This document shows positions 11,276 through 21,294 of a DNA stretch of 21,294 bases, one piece after another (position 1 is the stretch's first letter; each line of letters starts with the position of its first letter). The stretch is taken from the NCBI RefSeq assembly GCF_006345805.1, contig NW_021823758.1, positions 1 to 21,294 on the forward strand. Direction: 5' to 3'. The DNA comes from Octopus sinensis. Its lineage: Eukaryota. The position numbers and the translations under genes were made by a program. Below the pieces are notes generated by a model. The model saw only the letters and a list, made by a program, of their open reading frames with translations. It did no database searches and was not told the origin of the DNA.

Positions 11276-11309
11276 CCGCAACAACTGAAACAGGAAATGA
11301 GGTTGGATT

Positions 11310-11670
11310 AGAGAAAAACTCCTTCAGAACCCTTATGATGTTAATAGGAATCTAAATGCAGATGCTATGTGAAGTAGTGTAAAATGTACTGAGGATGAAC
11401 TGGACAGGTATATACAGGATCCCTACAGTGACCCACAGCAAGGCCAGCAGTTCCAGCTCAAGGAGGGTTTGAAATATCGAATGAAGCTGGGAATCAAATT
11501 TCAGCAAAGTGATTTCAGCCAACACCAATCAGATAGCTGTGTGAAGAAGGCAAGAGCAATGGGTGCCCCAGAAGGCGATAGTATACCATAGAAGGTGTAC
11601 AAGTATTTGTACAGGATTCTGTTATAAGCTTTACGTACGACTTAGAGAATTGTGGTACAGAAGTAAACTA
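11310..11670 (+). mobile_element. Degenerate HERO-like non-LTR fragment, N-terminal RT region
   Basis: Remnants LQNPYDV, EDELDRYIQDPYSDPQ and VKKARAMGAPEGDSIP*KVYK (11544-11603). Confidence 0.55.
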
Positions 11671-11903
11671 GTTCGTCGAGTAATAATTAAATCAGATAAC
11701 TGCTAAGTTAATTGATAATGTAGGATATTTTAATAGATACAAGAAGTTTAGGGAAGGTGAGTCTATTTAGTTGTGGATCTAAATATTGACCATTGATAAT
11801 AGGAATGTCTTACAATATAAAATACACTAATAAAATAAAGACCAATTAACAGAGACAAAGAAATTGTACTGTGAAGTGTAAAGTTTGGAAATATTTATTT
11901 CAG

Positions 11904-11974
11904 AGTCTCTAAAACTGAATGGGGAGTATCTCCAAAGAGCAGCAAAGAAGTTAGGGGGCAACTGGCAGCAAGCA
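11904..11974 (+). CDS. Penultimate exon encoding the DD N-terminal part; carries an apparent 1-nt deletion in GGGG 11954-11957
   Basis: Acceptor atatttatttcag and donor CAG|gtgagt. As written it is 71 nt. The phase-1 frame gives ESLKLNGEYLQRAAKKLG and a second frame gives GNWQQA-G. One extra G makes a 72-nt phase 1-1 exon, ESLKLNGEYLQRAAKKLGGNWQQA(G), that joins in frame to RFLG of the terminal exon and supplies the conserved DD Trp. Confidence 0.75.
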
Positions 11975-13039
11975 GGTGAGTATAGAATACCTAATTGCTT
12001 TCTATAAATTTTGCCATTACTTGAAGTTTTGTTTGTTAAAATGACAACGAAAAAGTTCCATTCGTAATTTCCTGTTGAAATGTTAGCTAAAGATATTACT
12101 GAAACTTCATAAAATATTCACCGAAATTAGCATAGTTTTGCATACTTGGTGAAATTAGAAAATACAATAGAGTTGATACAAGGAACGAAGTGCTTTTGTT
12201 ATTTAAAGGTAAACAGGTGAGTTAATAGCGACGCTTCTGTTGTTTACGTTGTTTACGTTTCTACTTAATTTAATGATAGATTGTTGTTGTTGTTGTGTAG
12301 ACTTAATCTGGCAATATTATGAAGAAAGGTGTTCCAGGTGTGACATAACTGCTTCACCTGGGAGACAAGGACCAAATTACCAAATGGAACTTTTTAAACA
12401 GGAGAGTGTGCATTTTATGTGACATGTTGTAGTCTGCCCTTTCGCCAGTCTGTTTTCCTATATTTATAGTAATTCTTTAGCCCCAGGTCAACCTATTGTC
12501 TTGTCTCTAAACAGACAAGTCACTTTGTTGATTGTCTTCATTGCTGGATTGAACTCAGTACTTATAAGTTAATGAAGCACTTCCTAATTATAAAATAATT
12601 ATGCCATCATATGTAAATTCGAATTGATTTTGTTTCTCACTTGAAATCACTTCACTCTTCATTACATTACAAAAGTCATTTGGAAAGGCATGAACATCAC
12701 AATAACCCACTTCCCCTTGTCTGAATGTGTAACAACATAAAATACCATTTATACAATGTTCCCATTATTTATACAAATGCCTTCCCATGGTACCTATATG
12801 CATCTAGGTAGACTGCATCATAGAGAGACGCCTTTAGCAGGGATATAGAGCAGTGCCAGGGACTAGATTTGAACCTTCCAGCCTGGATACAAGAAGTCAT
12901 GACAATATCCTGTCAGTCAGCTGATAGAAATGGTTTATCTAAATTAAGAGAGGATATCATCTATGACATGTCGAACATGTTATACCTTGGAATTAATATA
13001 AAATCTAACAGTCATACTAGGCTAAAATCAATCCACAAA

Positions 13040-13660
13040 CAACGGTTCATCATCATCATCATCATCATCCTCATCTTGTTTCATTTCTCGAAGTTTGAAT
13101 GAGTTAGACTACTTATCTCACAGCTGTTGTCGTCCTTTGACAGCTTTAACTTCTTGTTTACTTCCATCTGGATTTCCTGGTACTTCTTTATCCAGCTTGT
13201 ATCTTCCGTACGCCTCCCATATCTGCACCACCTAGTTTTTCTTCCAGTTCATTTTTTTCTCTGTGATTTCTACACATTAGCATTACACATCCAGTAAAGA
13301 ATGCTCTCTTAATTTCTTGCCAGTTTTCATACATCCTCCATATTCAATGCATCATTGGATCATACAATCTGCCCTTCATTTGGAAACGGAACCTCTTTGT
13401 TACCAACAGCCATAATAGCTAACTGTGCATTTTCACCTCATCTTTTGCTCTAAATAGTATGAATGCAAAATAGTTTCCTCCACTTTTAATTATGTTACCA
13501 AGGTAACAGAAACCATCAACTACAACTTCCATAGTTGTTCTTACTATAGCGACCCCTGTATATCTGCTAATGACAAAGTATTTCCTCTACCCTGTGAACA
13601 TACCTCTGGTCCCACTGCATCACCTTGGCTTATAGAATTCCTACTTACCCACTTCTTTCC
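13040..13660 (-). mobile_element. Degenerate RTE-type LINE 3' part with (GAT)n tail, inside the last intron of the DD gene
   Basis: The minus strand reads VVDGFCYLGN..LLVTK..MKGRLYD..WMCNANV..ELEEKLG..WIKKYQEIQME, with (CAT)n at about 13047-13073. Confidence 0.75.
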
Positions 13661-14330
13661 TGTTAATTAAAACTCTATTCATTGCTAGGTTTACTCCATT
13701 GTCGACATCTCTCTCCATTGTGGCCTTGATCCAGTGAAAGAAATCCTTATTATGAGTCATGAACCAAGAAAATTAATTTCGTGTCTTCTATAATATTTGA
13801 GGAGAACTAAGAAATATTATATTTTTTGTGTCATTGTGATCATTCTGGTATCTTGTCTATTTTTTATTTAATTGGTCACCGTGTACCGAATATTACAGGT
13901 AATGTTTGTCAACTCAGTCCCCACTTTCCAGATATGTCTAAATGTTGATATTCCAGACGAGGAAGGGGTATCACACATCATTATTTCCAGCGTTGATGTT
14001 ATCAGATGGTTTTTCAAAGCCTTCCTTAAAAAAGCATATTTTCCACACAAATACTGCTCCTGTCAGCTGTTTACCATACATTTTCTCAAATCCTTCATTC
14101 TTTTTAATATTTCTTCTTCTTACTTCTTTATTTTAACCTCTTTGTTATTTTTGTCAACATTCTTAAAAATAGAGAACAATGCCTTATAGTTTTCATGTTT
14201 CTTATTTATTTCGTTATTTCTCTATTGATGTAGATCTTTGTTATATTATATACTTACTTACAGTACATAGTCTTTGTATTATTGTTAATGTTGTTGTTGC
14301 TGTTATTTTCTGTCGTTGTATCTTTTGCAG

Positions 14331-14536
14331 GACGTTTTCTAGGAGTTCCAGCAATTGACCAGGATATTATCAAGAACGATTTCCCTTGTGACACAGTAAA
14401 ACAGAGTTATCAAATGCTTTGTGAGTGGTTTATAAATTGTAAACCAGAGGAACGTACAGTTGAGACCCTCAGAAAAGCCCTTAAAGATGCTGAGTGCTTT
14501 GCTGCCCTTGAGTATCTCTCATTATATGAACGGTGA
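14331..14536 (+). CDS. Terminal coding exon of a death-domain protein (C-terminal ~3/4 of a DD)
   Basis: Pyrimidine-rich acceptor tcttttgcag ends at 14330. The phase-1 frame reads (G)RFLGVPAIDQDIIKNDFPCDTVKQSYQMLCEWFINCKPEERTVETLRKALKDAECFAALEYLSLYER* with TGA at 14534-14536. The pattern R.LG...I..I......Q.YQML..W......TV..L..AL is the typical DD consensus. Confidence 0.85.
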
Positions 14537-16155
14537 ATTTCTGTGTAAATTCTACTGTTGTTTACTCCCAGGTGAATGCTGACCAAAGAGAGAGACCTTT
14601 GACCAAAGTATAGAGAACCAAGAACCACATTCTCCAATTTGTCCTCCTTTACAATGATGAGGTGTGGAGTGCAGTGGATTTAGCTACTAATTCTAGCAGA
14701 TCTATCTCTCACATAAGAGATACCCTTCACTGGTTTGGTTCCTTTGTTAGAAATTAGCTTTTGAAATAAAGATAAACTTTGAAATATCCGTTTGTTGTTG
14801 TTGCTGTTGTTGTATATATAATCACTTCCCTAAACACTTTCATTGTTATTTAGACAGTTTTAATATCCTCTGCCAAATTAATAGTTATCTCCCTTCATTT
14901 ATAGCTTAGAACAAAATGTCTGGTATACATACATTGATGTTTTTTTTCTATGAATATATATCACATAGAGATAGTATTTCTATATAATAAATGATATCTC
15001 TCTTTGTTCTGTTATGGTTTAAGACCAGTTTAAAGTGGGGATGCTTGTATAAAACTTCATGGGGTTGTGAGTGCAATTAAGAATCATTATATTTTGTATT
15101 CTAGCTCTAGGCTGCTCTTTATTTTCTAGCTACCGAGTTTTAATAAATTTAAATTTAAGTATAACTGTCATAATGAAATAACATCACAGTATTTGTTACT
15201 GTAATTTCATGTGATTGAGGAAAAGTCACAGTGAGCCCACAGTATCGGAATAAATTGAGATAATGGAAAAGTTCTATTTTGCCCAACAATTTTTAACATC
15301 ATACTACTCGGATGTTATCGCATTTTGATTTTTATTTTAATTTCATAATTCTTTGCACCATAGACGTAGAAAAGTTTTTAAAGAAGTAAAACACTTGAAG
15401 CTTCCTTGGTGGACTTCCTTTGTCTATAAAATTGTGGGATGTGACAGAAAGCTCTACCGTACATAATTTAATGAAACAAGATTGTAAGACACATAGTCAT
15501 TATCCACTGGTTGTAGGATTCTTTTCTGATAGGAGTTAATAAATCTGGTTTAATTTGGAAATTAAATACAAAACTATTTAAATTGCCTCAATTTTAATTC
15601 GGAAATTGATAAGAAATTGCTATTGAGAGGGAAAAGAAAAAAGGCATTTGAGGAGTATGCATACCCTGTGCGCAGATAAAGTTTTTTTTTCTCAAATTAT
15701 AGTATGGCTTACAATGCGTTTCTTAGACATACTTTTGCATTGAACTAACTTAAGCTTTGTAATTGTTTGCCTAAGAGACGATTGAAAGTCTAAGAAGATG
15801 ACAGCTAAAAGTGGACTTGACCGATGTCTACGGCAAACCGTAAAAGTAAAATTTGCAAATGACTAAATAAATGGTTATTCAAATAAAAATCATGATTATG
15901 AAAACGAAAGTGAACAAAATGAAATAAGTATAGAAAATATTGCATAGAATTTCAGAAGTGTTTTCAACGTTTTTCAATGAAGGCAAGAGAATCAAACGCA
16001 GGATATAAATAATAAGGCTACTTGCTGATCGGGAAATTCGTAAGCTCGATTTTATTTCATTTTTTTGTTTTAAGTATCACCATTATAGGTATATACATTC
16101 TGGTGAAATTAAGAAATCAACTCGTAAATAAACGAAACTCTCGCATCCATCACTG

Positions 16156-16345
16156 AACACACACACACACCACACAGAGTCGCATATCTGTGTATGTATT
16201 TATGTATGTGTGTACCTACACGTGTCTACGTACTTAGATACACCATGATCTGTACACATGAAGACAATGGTCGATTCAAATCACACACAAACACATACAT
16301 ACACTCACTCGCACACGCACATACACACACACACACACATATATA
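16156..16345. repeat. Imperfect CA/TATG-rich simple-repeat region
   Basis: (CA)n runs near 16156-16172 and 16283-16340, with TATG-type repeats between them. Confidence 0.8.
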
Positions 16346-17652
16346 TTGTGTACTATTCCGTGCCCCATCTGGTGAGTGAAAAATAGTATTTAATAAACAT
16401 AATACATGTTTTTTTTTCTGTGCTGCTATTAGCTTCTTGTACTGAGAACTTGCCACAACGATGCATAACCTGCGTTCATAATTTCTTTTGCAAAACATAT
16501 TCACAGTCAAAACATTTTGATTCACCCGTCCGCCAGTTTTGAAGATAATCAAACCAGATTTTCATCAAGTTTAGTCATTTATCCACTGCGTATTTCTGCT
16601 GAATTTCGTGAAAATTTGTTCAGCTGTTGTCCAGTTATTGTTTCTAAAACACAAACAGACCACGACGAGCGACCACAATACCTTACTTTCGCTTACGCGC
16701 AGGGTACTTATTAGTATTAAAACAAATTATTGGGTATCAAATTCTGTATAAAATTATTTCAAATAAATTGTTAACATATTTCACTGATTTTTAGTTCCAA
16801 AACCTGGTAGCGAAATTATATTCAAACATTATTTGTGATGTTAAAACAGAAGAAAAATATAAACATGATTGTTTTTCCTGAAAGTTGTACGAAATAAGTG
16901 ACTCTTTATATAAGCTAAGAGAAACATATTTAGTATCGAATTTAATCAGTAGCAGTAAATGTATTTCTAAAAGGGCCAGGTGTGAAAACCTGAGAAAATA
17001 TAATTCTTTTACTGATTCTATAAAACTAAAATGTTTAACTTTCAACTGTGATGACCCAAATCAATTCATCTTGTTTTGCGCAAAGATTCTGACAGTTATT
17101 AGCATATATTAATTAATGAGAAAATATATTGCCCCTGATTGGTCAAGTCAATCAAAGAATAAAACCAGAGGAAATAATGATGATGATGTAACTGAGGAGA
17201 GTCACAAACCTCAACGTGTATCATGCATTCATAAATAAGTAATCCTCTCAGAACGACACAATTTCACATGAAAAAGAGGAAATGTAATGAATTGAGTTGA
17301 TAAAATATTAAAAGAATACCCGTTCGTTTAATTTATAAGAATTGTTTGGTGTCTGAATGTATGAACACTAGACAAATTTAAAACATTTTGTCTCCGTTTT
17401 ATAGAATTAATCATATACAGTTGTTTTGAAAGTATATTGGAATCCTTCAATTCACAGAAGGAATCTGTGAGGGACAGAATGAAATACTTATTTCTTTCAC
17501 TCGTCGCATAATTCGCTGAGAGTTGTTTGTGTCACACAAAATTTCTGCAGATCAGGTTGTAGTGTTACAAGGAACAGCTAAAGTTATTAACATTATTGAA
17601 ATTCTTGCACCCCATAGTTGCCTCTTTTGTGACAAAATGGGATCGAATTTCA

Positions 17653-17808
17653 GAAAGTTGTGGCGAAAGAGCACAGCAGGGGTTCGCCACCAAGCACTGC
17701 CCGAGAATCGTGGAGCTTTAGATGTTTTGGCTAAATAAAAGCTCACAACGTCCGGTCTCAGAATCGAAACTGTGATTCCGCTGCCCTAACCACCAGGCTA
17801 TTGCGCCT

Positions 17809-17810
<2 letters not shown>
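17653..17810 (-). mobile_element. 5' part of a tRNA-derived SINE resembling octopus OK/OR-type SINEs
   Basis: The minus strand begins GGAGGCGCAATAGCCTGGTGGTTAGGGCAGCGG, with box A at 17790-17800 and box B GTTTCGATTC at 17761-17770. The body continues ..AAAACATCTAAAGCTCCACGA..CCCTGCTGTGCTCTTTCGCCACAACTTTC. The 3' part is missing. Family resemblance is from recall. Confidence 0.75.

Positions 17811-17880
<70 letters not shown>
17811..17880. repeat. Compound (CA)n(TA)n microsatellite
   Basis: Seen directly in the sequence. Confidence 0.95.
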
Positions 17881-17882
<2 letters not shown>

Positions 17883-17921
17883 TAGCACTATGACCCGTCG
17901 TTGCTGGCTCATAGTGCTAGT
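17881..17921. other. 41-bp hairpin-forming palindrome with CTAG-T termini, Helitron 3'-end-like
   Basis: Perfect 13-bp inverted repeat actagcactatga (17881-17893) / tcatagtgctagt (17909-17921) around a 15-nt GC-rich loop, adjoining (TA)n. Confidence 0.5.
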
Positions 17922-18035
17922 GCATGTATATATGTGTATATATATGTGTACATATTACATGTACATCTATATATATACATCTACACATAAAATACAAAAT
18001 ACAAAGCTATGTCTTGATATCGCTAGTGATAATAC

Positions 18036-18284
18036 TCAAAATATATAACACACTGGAATTGTAGGCCCGTCTCTTGTAATTTCGATCAATTGTATCTTGT
18101 CCTCGCTCTTGTATAGAAGTGTGGCTACAATCCAGCCTACCTCTACTTCTGAGGGGACATTTTTAATATTAATCCGGAACGTCCTACCTCCCAGATATAA
18201 AGGTAAAAATAAAATATTTCCCATTTGCAAGGTTCCAGTCGAGTACTCCCTTGCACGTTCCGTTGACTCGAACCTTGCTTCTAT
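18036..18284 (-). mobile_element. Possible L1/Tx1-type ORF1 (RRM-like) fragment
   Basis: The non-repetitive end of the minus-strand ORF reads IEARFESTERAREYSTGTLQMGNILFLPLYLGGRTFRINIKNVPSEVEVGWIVATLL, which resembles LINE ORF1 RRM regions. This is from recall only. Confidence 0.4.
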
Positions 18285-18285
18285 T

Positions 18286-21044
18286 GGGAGAGAGAAAGCA
18301 AGAAAAGGGGGAGCATACAGTAATATATAATGAGGTGGGAGAGCGGAGGGAGGGGGAGAGAGAAAGCAAGAAAGGGGGGAGCATACAGTAATATATAATG
18401 AGGTGGGAGAGCGGAGGGAGAGGGAGAGAGAAAGCAAGAAAAGGGGGAGCATACAGTAATATATAATGAGGTGGGAGAGCGGAGGGGGGGAGAGAAGAGA
18501 AAGCAAGAAGGGGGAGCATACAGTAATAATAATGAGGTGGGAGAGCGGAGGGAGGGGGAGAGAGAGAAAGAACAAGAAAAGGGGGAGCATACAGTAATAT
18601 ATAATGAGGTGGGTGCGGAGGGAGGGGGGAGAGAGAAAGCAAGAAAGGGGGGAGCGAGCATACAGTAATATATAATGAGGTGGGAGAGCGGAGGGAGGGG
18701 GAGAAAGAAAGCAAGAAAGGGGGGGAGCATACAGTAATATATAATGAGTGTGTGAGAGCGGAGGGAGGGGGGGAGAGAGAAAGCAAGAAAAGGGGGAGCA
18801 TACAGTAATATATAATGAGGTGGAGAGCGGAGGGAGGGGGGAGAGAGAAAGCAAGAAAAGGGGGAGCATACAGTAATATATAATGAGGTGGGAGAGCGGA
18901 GGGAGGGGGAGAGAGAAAGCAAGAAAGGGGGAGCATACAGTAATATATAATGAGGTGGGAGAGCGGAGGGAGGGGGAGAGAGAGAGAGGGGGAGAGAGAA
19001 GCAAGAAAGGGGGAGAGCATACAGTAATATATAATGAGGTGGGAGAGGCGGAGGGAGGGAGTGGAGAGGAGAGAGAAGCAAGAAAGAAAGGGGGAGCATA
19101 CAGTAATATATAATGAGGTGGGAGAGCGGAGGGAGGGGGAGAGAGAGAAAAGCAAGAAAGGGGGGGGAGCCATACAGTAATATATAATGAGGGGGGGAGA
19201 GCGGAGGGAGGGGGAGAGAGAAAGCAAGAAAGGGGGGAGCATACAGTAATATATAATGAGGTGGGAGGAGAGCGGAGAGAGGGGGAGAGAGAAAGCAAGA
19301 AAAAAGAAAAGGGGGAGCATACAGTAATATATAAAGAGGTGGGAGAGCGGAGGGAGGGGGAGAGAGAGAAAGCAAGAAAAGGGGGGGAGCATACAGTAAT
19401 ATATAATGAGGTGAGAGAGCGGAGGGAGGGGGAGAGAGAATGCAAGAAAAGGGGAGGGGAGCATACAGTATATATAATGAGGAGAGTGAGGAGAGGGAGG
19501 GAAGGGGGAGAGAGAAAGCAAGAAATGGGGGGAGCATATACAGTAATATATAATTAGGTGGGAGAGCGGAGGGAGGGGGAGAGAGAAAGCAAGAAAAGGG
19601 GGGAGCATACAGTAATATAAAATGAGGTGGGATGGAGCGAGCGGAGGGAGGGGGAGAGAGGAAGCAGAAAAAGGGGGAGCATACAGTAATATATAATGAG
19701 GTGGGAGAGCGGAGGGAGGGGGAGAGAGAGGAAGCAAGAAAAGGGGGGGGGGAGGGGGGCATACAGTAATATATAATGAGGTGGGAGAGCGGAGGGAGGG
19801 GGAGAGAGAAAGCAAGAAAAGGGGGAGCATACAGTAATATATAATGAGGTGGGAGAGCGGAGGGAGGGGGAGAGAGAAAGCAAGAAAAGGGGGAGCATAC
19901 AGTAATATATAATGAGGTGGGAGAGCGGAGGGAGGGGGAGAGAGAAAGCAAGAAAAGGGGGAGCATACATACAGTATATATAGAGGGGGAGAGGAGGAGA
20001 GCGGAGGGAGGGGGAGAGAGAAAGCAAGAAAAGGGGGGAGCATACAGTAATATATAATGAGGTGGGAGAGCGGAGGGAGGGGGAGAGAGAAAGCAAGAAA
20101 AGGGGGGAGCATACAGTAATATATAATGAGGTGGGAGAGCGGAGGAGGGGAGGAGAGATAAAGCAAGGAAAAGGGGGAGCATACAGTAATATAATGATGT
20201 GGGAGAGAGCGGGAGAGCGGAGGGAGGGGGAGAAAGAAAGCAATAAAGGGGGAGCATACAGTAATATATAATGAGGTGGGAGAGCGGAGGGAGGGGGAGA
20301 GAGAAAGCAAGAAAAGGGGGGAGCATACAGTAATATATACTGAGGTGGGAAAGCGGAGGGAGGGGGAGAGAGATAGCAAGAAAAGAAAGGGGGGAGCATA
20401 CAGTAATATATAATGGGGTGGGAGAGCGGAGGGAGGGGGAGAGAGAAAGCAAGATAGGGGAGCATACTGTAATATATAATGAGGTGGGAGAGCGGAGGGG
20501 GGGGGAGAGAGAAAGAAAGAAAAGGGGGAGCATACAGTAATATATAATGAGGTGAGAGAGCGGAGGGAGGGGGAGAGAGAAAGCAAGAAAAGGGGAGCAG
20601 GGGAGCATACAGTATATATAATGTGGGAGAGCGGGAGAGGGGGAGAGAGGAGAGAGAGAAAGCAAGAAAAGGGGGGGAGCATACAGTAATATATAATGAG
20701 GTGGAGGGAGGAGAGGGAGGGAGAGGGAGGGGGAGAGAGAAAGCAAGAAAAGGGGGGAGCATACAGTAATATATAATGAGGTGGGAGAGCGGAGGGAGGG
20801 GGAGAGAGAAAGCAAGAAAAGGGGGAGCATACAGTAATATATAATGAGGTGGGAGAGCGGAGGGAGGGGGAGAGAGAAAGCAAGAAAAGGGGGAGCATAC
20901 AGTAATATATAATGAGGTGGGAGAGCGGAGGGAGGGGGAGAGAGAAAGCAAGAAAAGGGGCGAGCATACAGTAATATATAATGAGGTGGGAGAGCGGAGG
21001 GAGGGGGAGAGAGAAAGCAAGAAAAGGGGGGAGCATACAGTAAT
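18286..21044 (+). repeat. 68-bp purine-rich tandem repeat, about 39-40 copies
   Basis: Consensus GAGCATACAGTAATATATAATGAGGTGGGAGAGCGGAGGGAGGGGGAGAGAGAAAGCAAGAAAAGGGG. The period of 68 was measured at 19811, 19879 and 19947. Many copies have indels in G, A and GA runs. Confidence 0.97.
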
Positions 21045-21294
21045 CGGCCATGATTGGATGGTGCTTTTTACGTCCACCGCACGGGGGCCAGACGAGGCTG
21101 GCAACGACCACAATCGGAAGGTGCATTTTATGTGCCACCGGCACGAGGCCAGTCGGGGCGGCGCTGGCAACGGTCACGTTCGGATGGTTCTCTTAGATGC
21201 CATCGGCACTGGTATCACAGCTACAATTTCCATTGATGTTGATCAATTTCGATTTTGATTTTCACTTGACTCAACAGGCCTTCACAAGTAGGGT
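21045..21294 (-). mobile_element. RTE-type LINE 3' UTR subrepeat region (same family as in the array units), distal end missing
   Basis: Subrepeats ggtgctttttacgt..gtgccaccggcacg..gccagtc..ctggca..cacgttcggatgg and the following ctacaatttccatt..gattttgatttt..cttgactca match 770-1040. Confidence 0.8.

Noticed and set aside
12240-12422. ORF with a CCCCC run and a possible acceptor at 12300, as an extra DD-gene exon
   Set aside because: The Cys run is a (TGT)n microsatellite, no convincing donor was found, and the DD is complete without it.
13868-14189. Overlapping ORFs of 60-105 aa in the last intron
   Set aside because: They are low-complexity F/L/I-rich translations of T-rich intron sequence with no recognisable motif or paired splice sites.
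14765-15147. AATAAA hexamers (14765, 14986, 15142) as the DD gene poly(A) signal
   Set aside because: They are expected by chance in DNA this AT-rich, and the real site cannot be chosen without 3'-end reads.
15662-16706. Possible non-autonomous DNA element bounded by imperfect inverted ends (taccctgtgcgca / tacgcgcagggta)
   Set aside because: Only 11/13 bases match, there is no target-site duplication and no coding remnant. It cannot be separated from chance without a repeat-library search.
18036-21177. Very long minus-strand ORFs (997, 849, 538 and 469 aa) and short plus-strand G/E/R-rich ORFs
   Set aside because: The 68-bp monomer's minus strand lacks TAA, TAG and TGA, so all three frames stay open. 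The peptides just cycle through the three frames of the repeat.

Overview
This is AT-rich eukaryotic genomic DNA with no prokaryotic-type features. The SINE and LINE families suggest a cephalopod, probably Octopus (inference). The only host gene I can support is the 3' end of a plus-strand death-domain (DD) gene: a penultimate exon at 11904-11974 and a terminal exon at 14331-14536, which join into a complete C-terminal DD if one G is restored in a homopolymer run. Upstream is a tandem array of about 2.08-kb units (three complete and one partial, probably continuing left of the window). Each unit carries an open 78-nt phase-1/phase-1 exon with intact splice sites, and both exon and intron flanks are homologous to the DD penultimate exon. 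Further homologies suggest the array is the amplified remnant of an older duplication of the gene's 3' end. The rest is transposon debris (RTE-type LINE fragments, an internally deleted Tc1 in unit 2 only, DD37D maT and HERO-like fragments, a tRNA-derived SINE, a Helitron-like palindrome, a possible L1/Tx1 ORF1 fragment), microsatellites and a 2.76-kb array of a 68-bp purine-rich satellite. The long ORFs in the supplied track come from the satellite or from TE sequence. All alignments and translations were done by eye; no database search was run.
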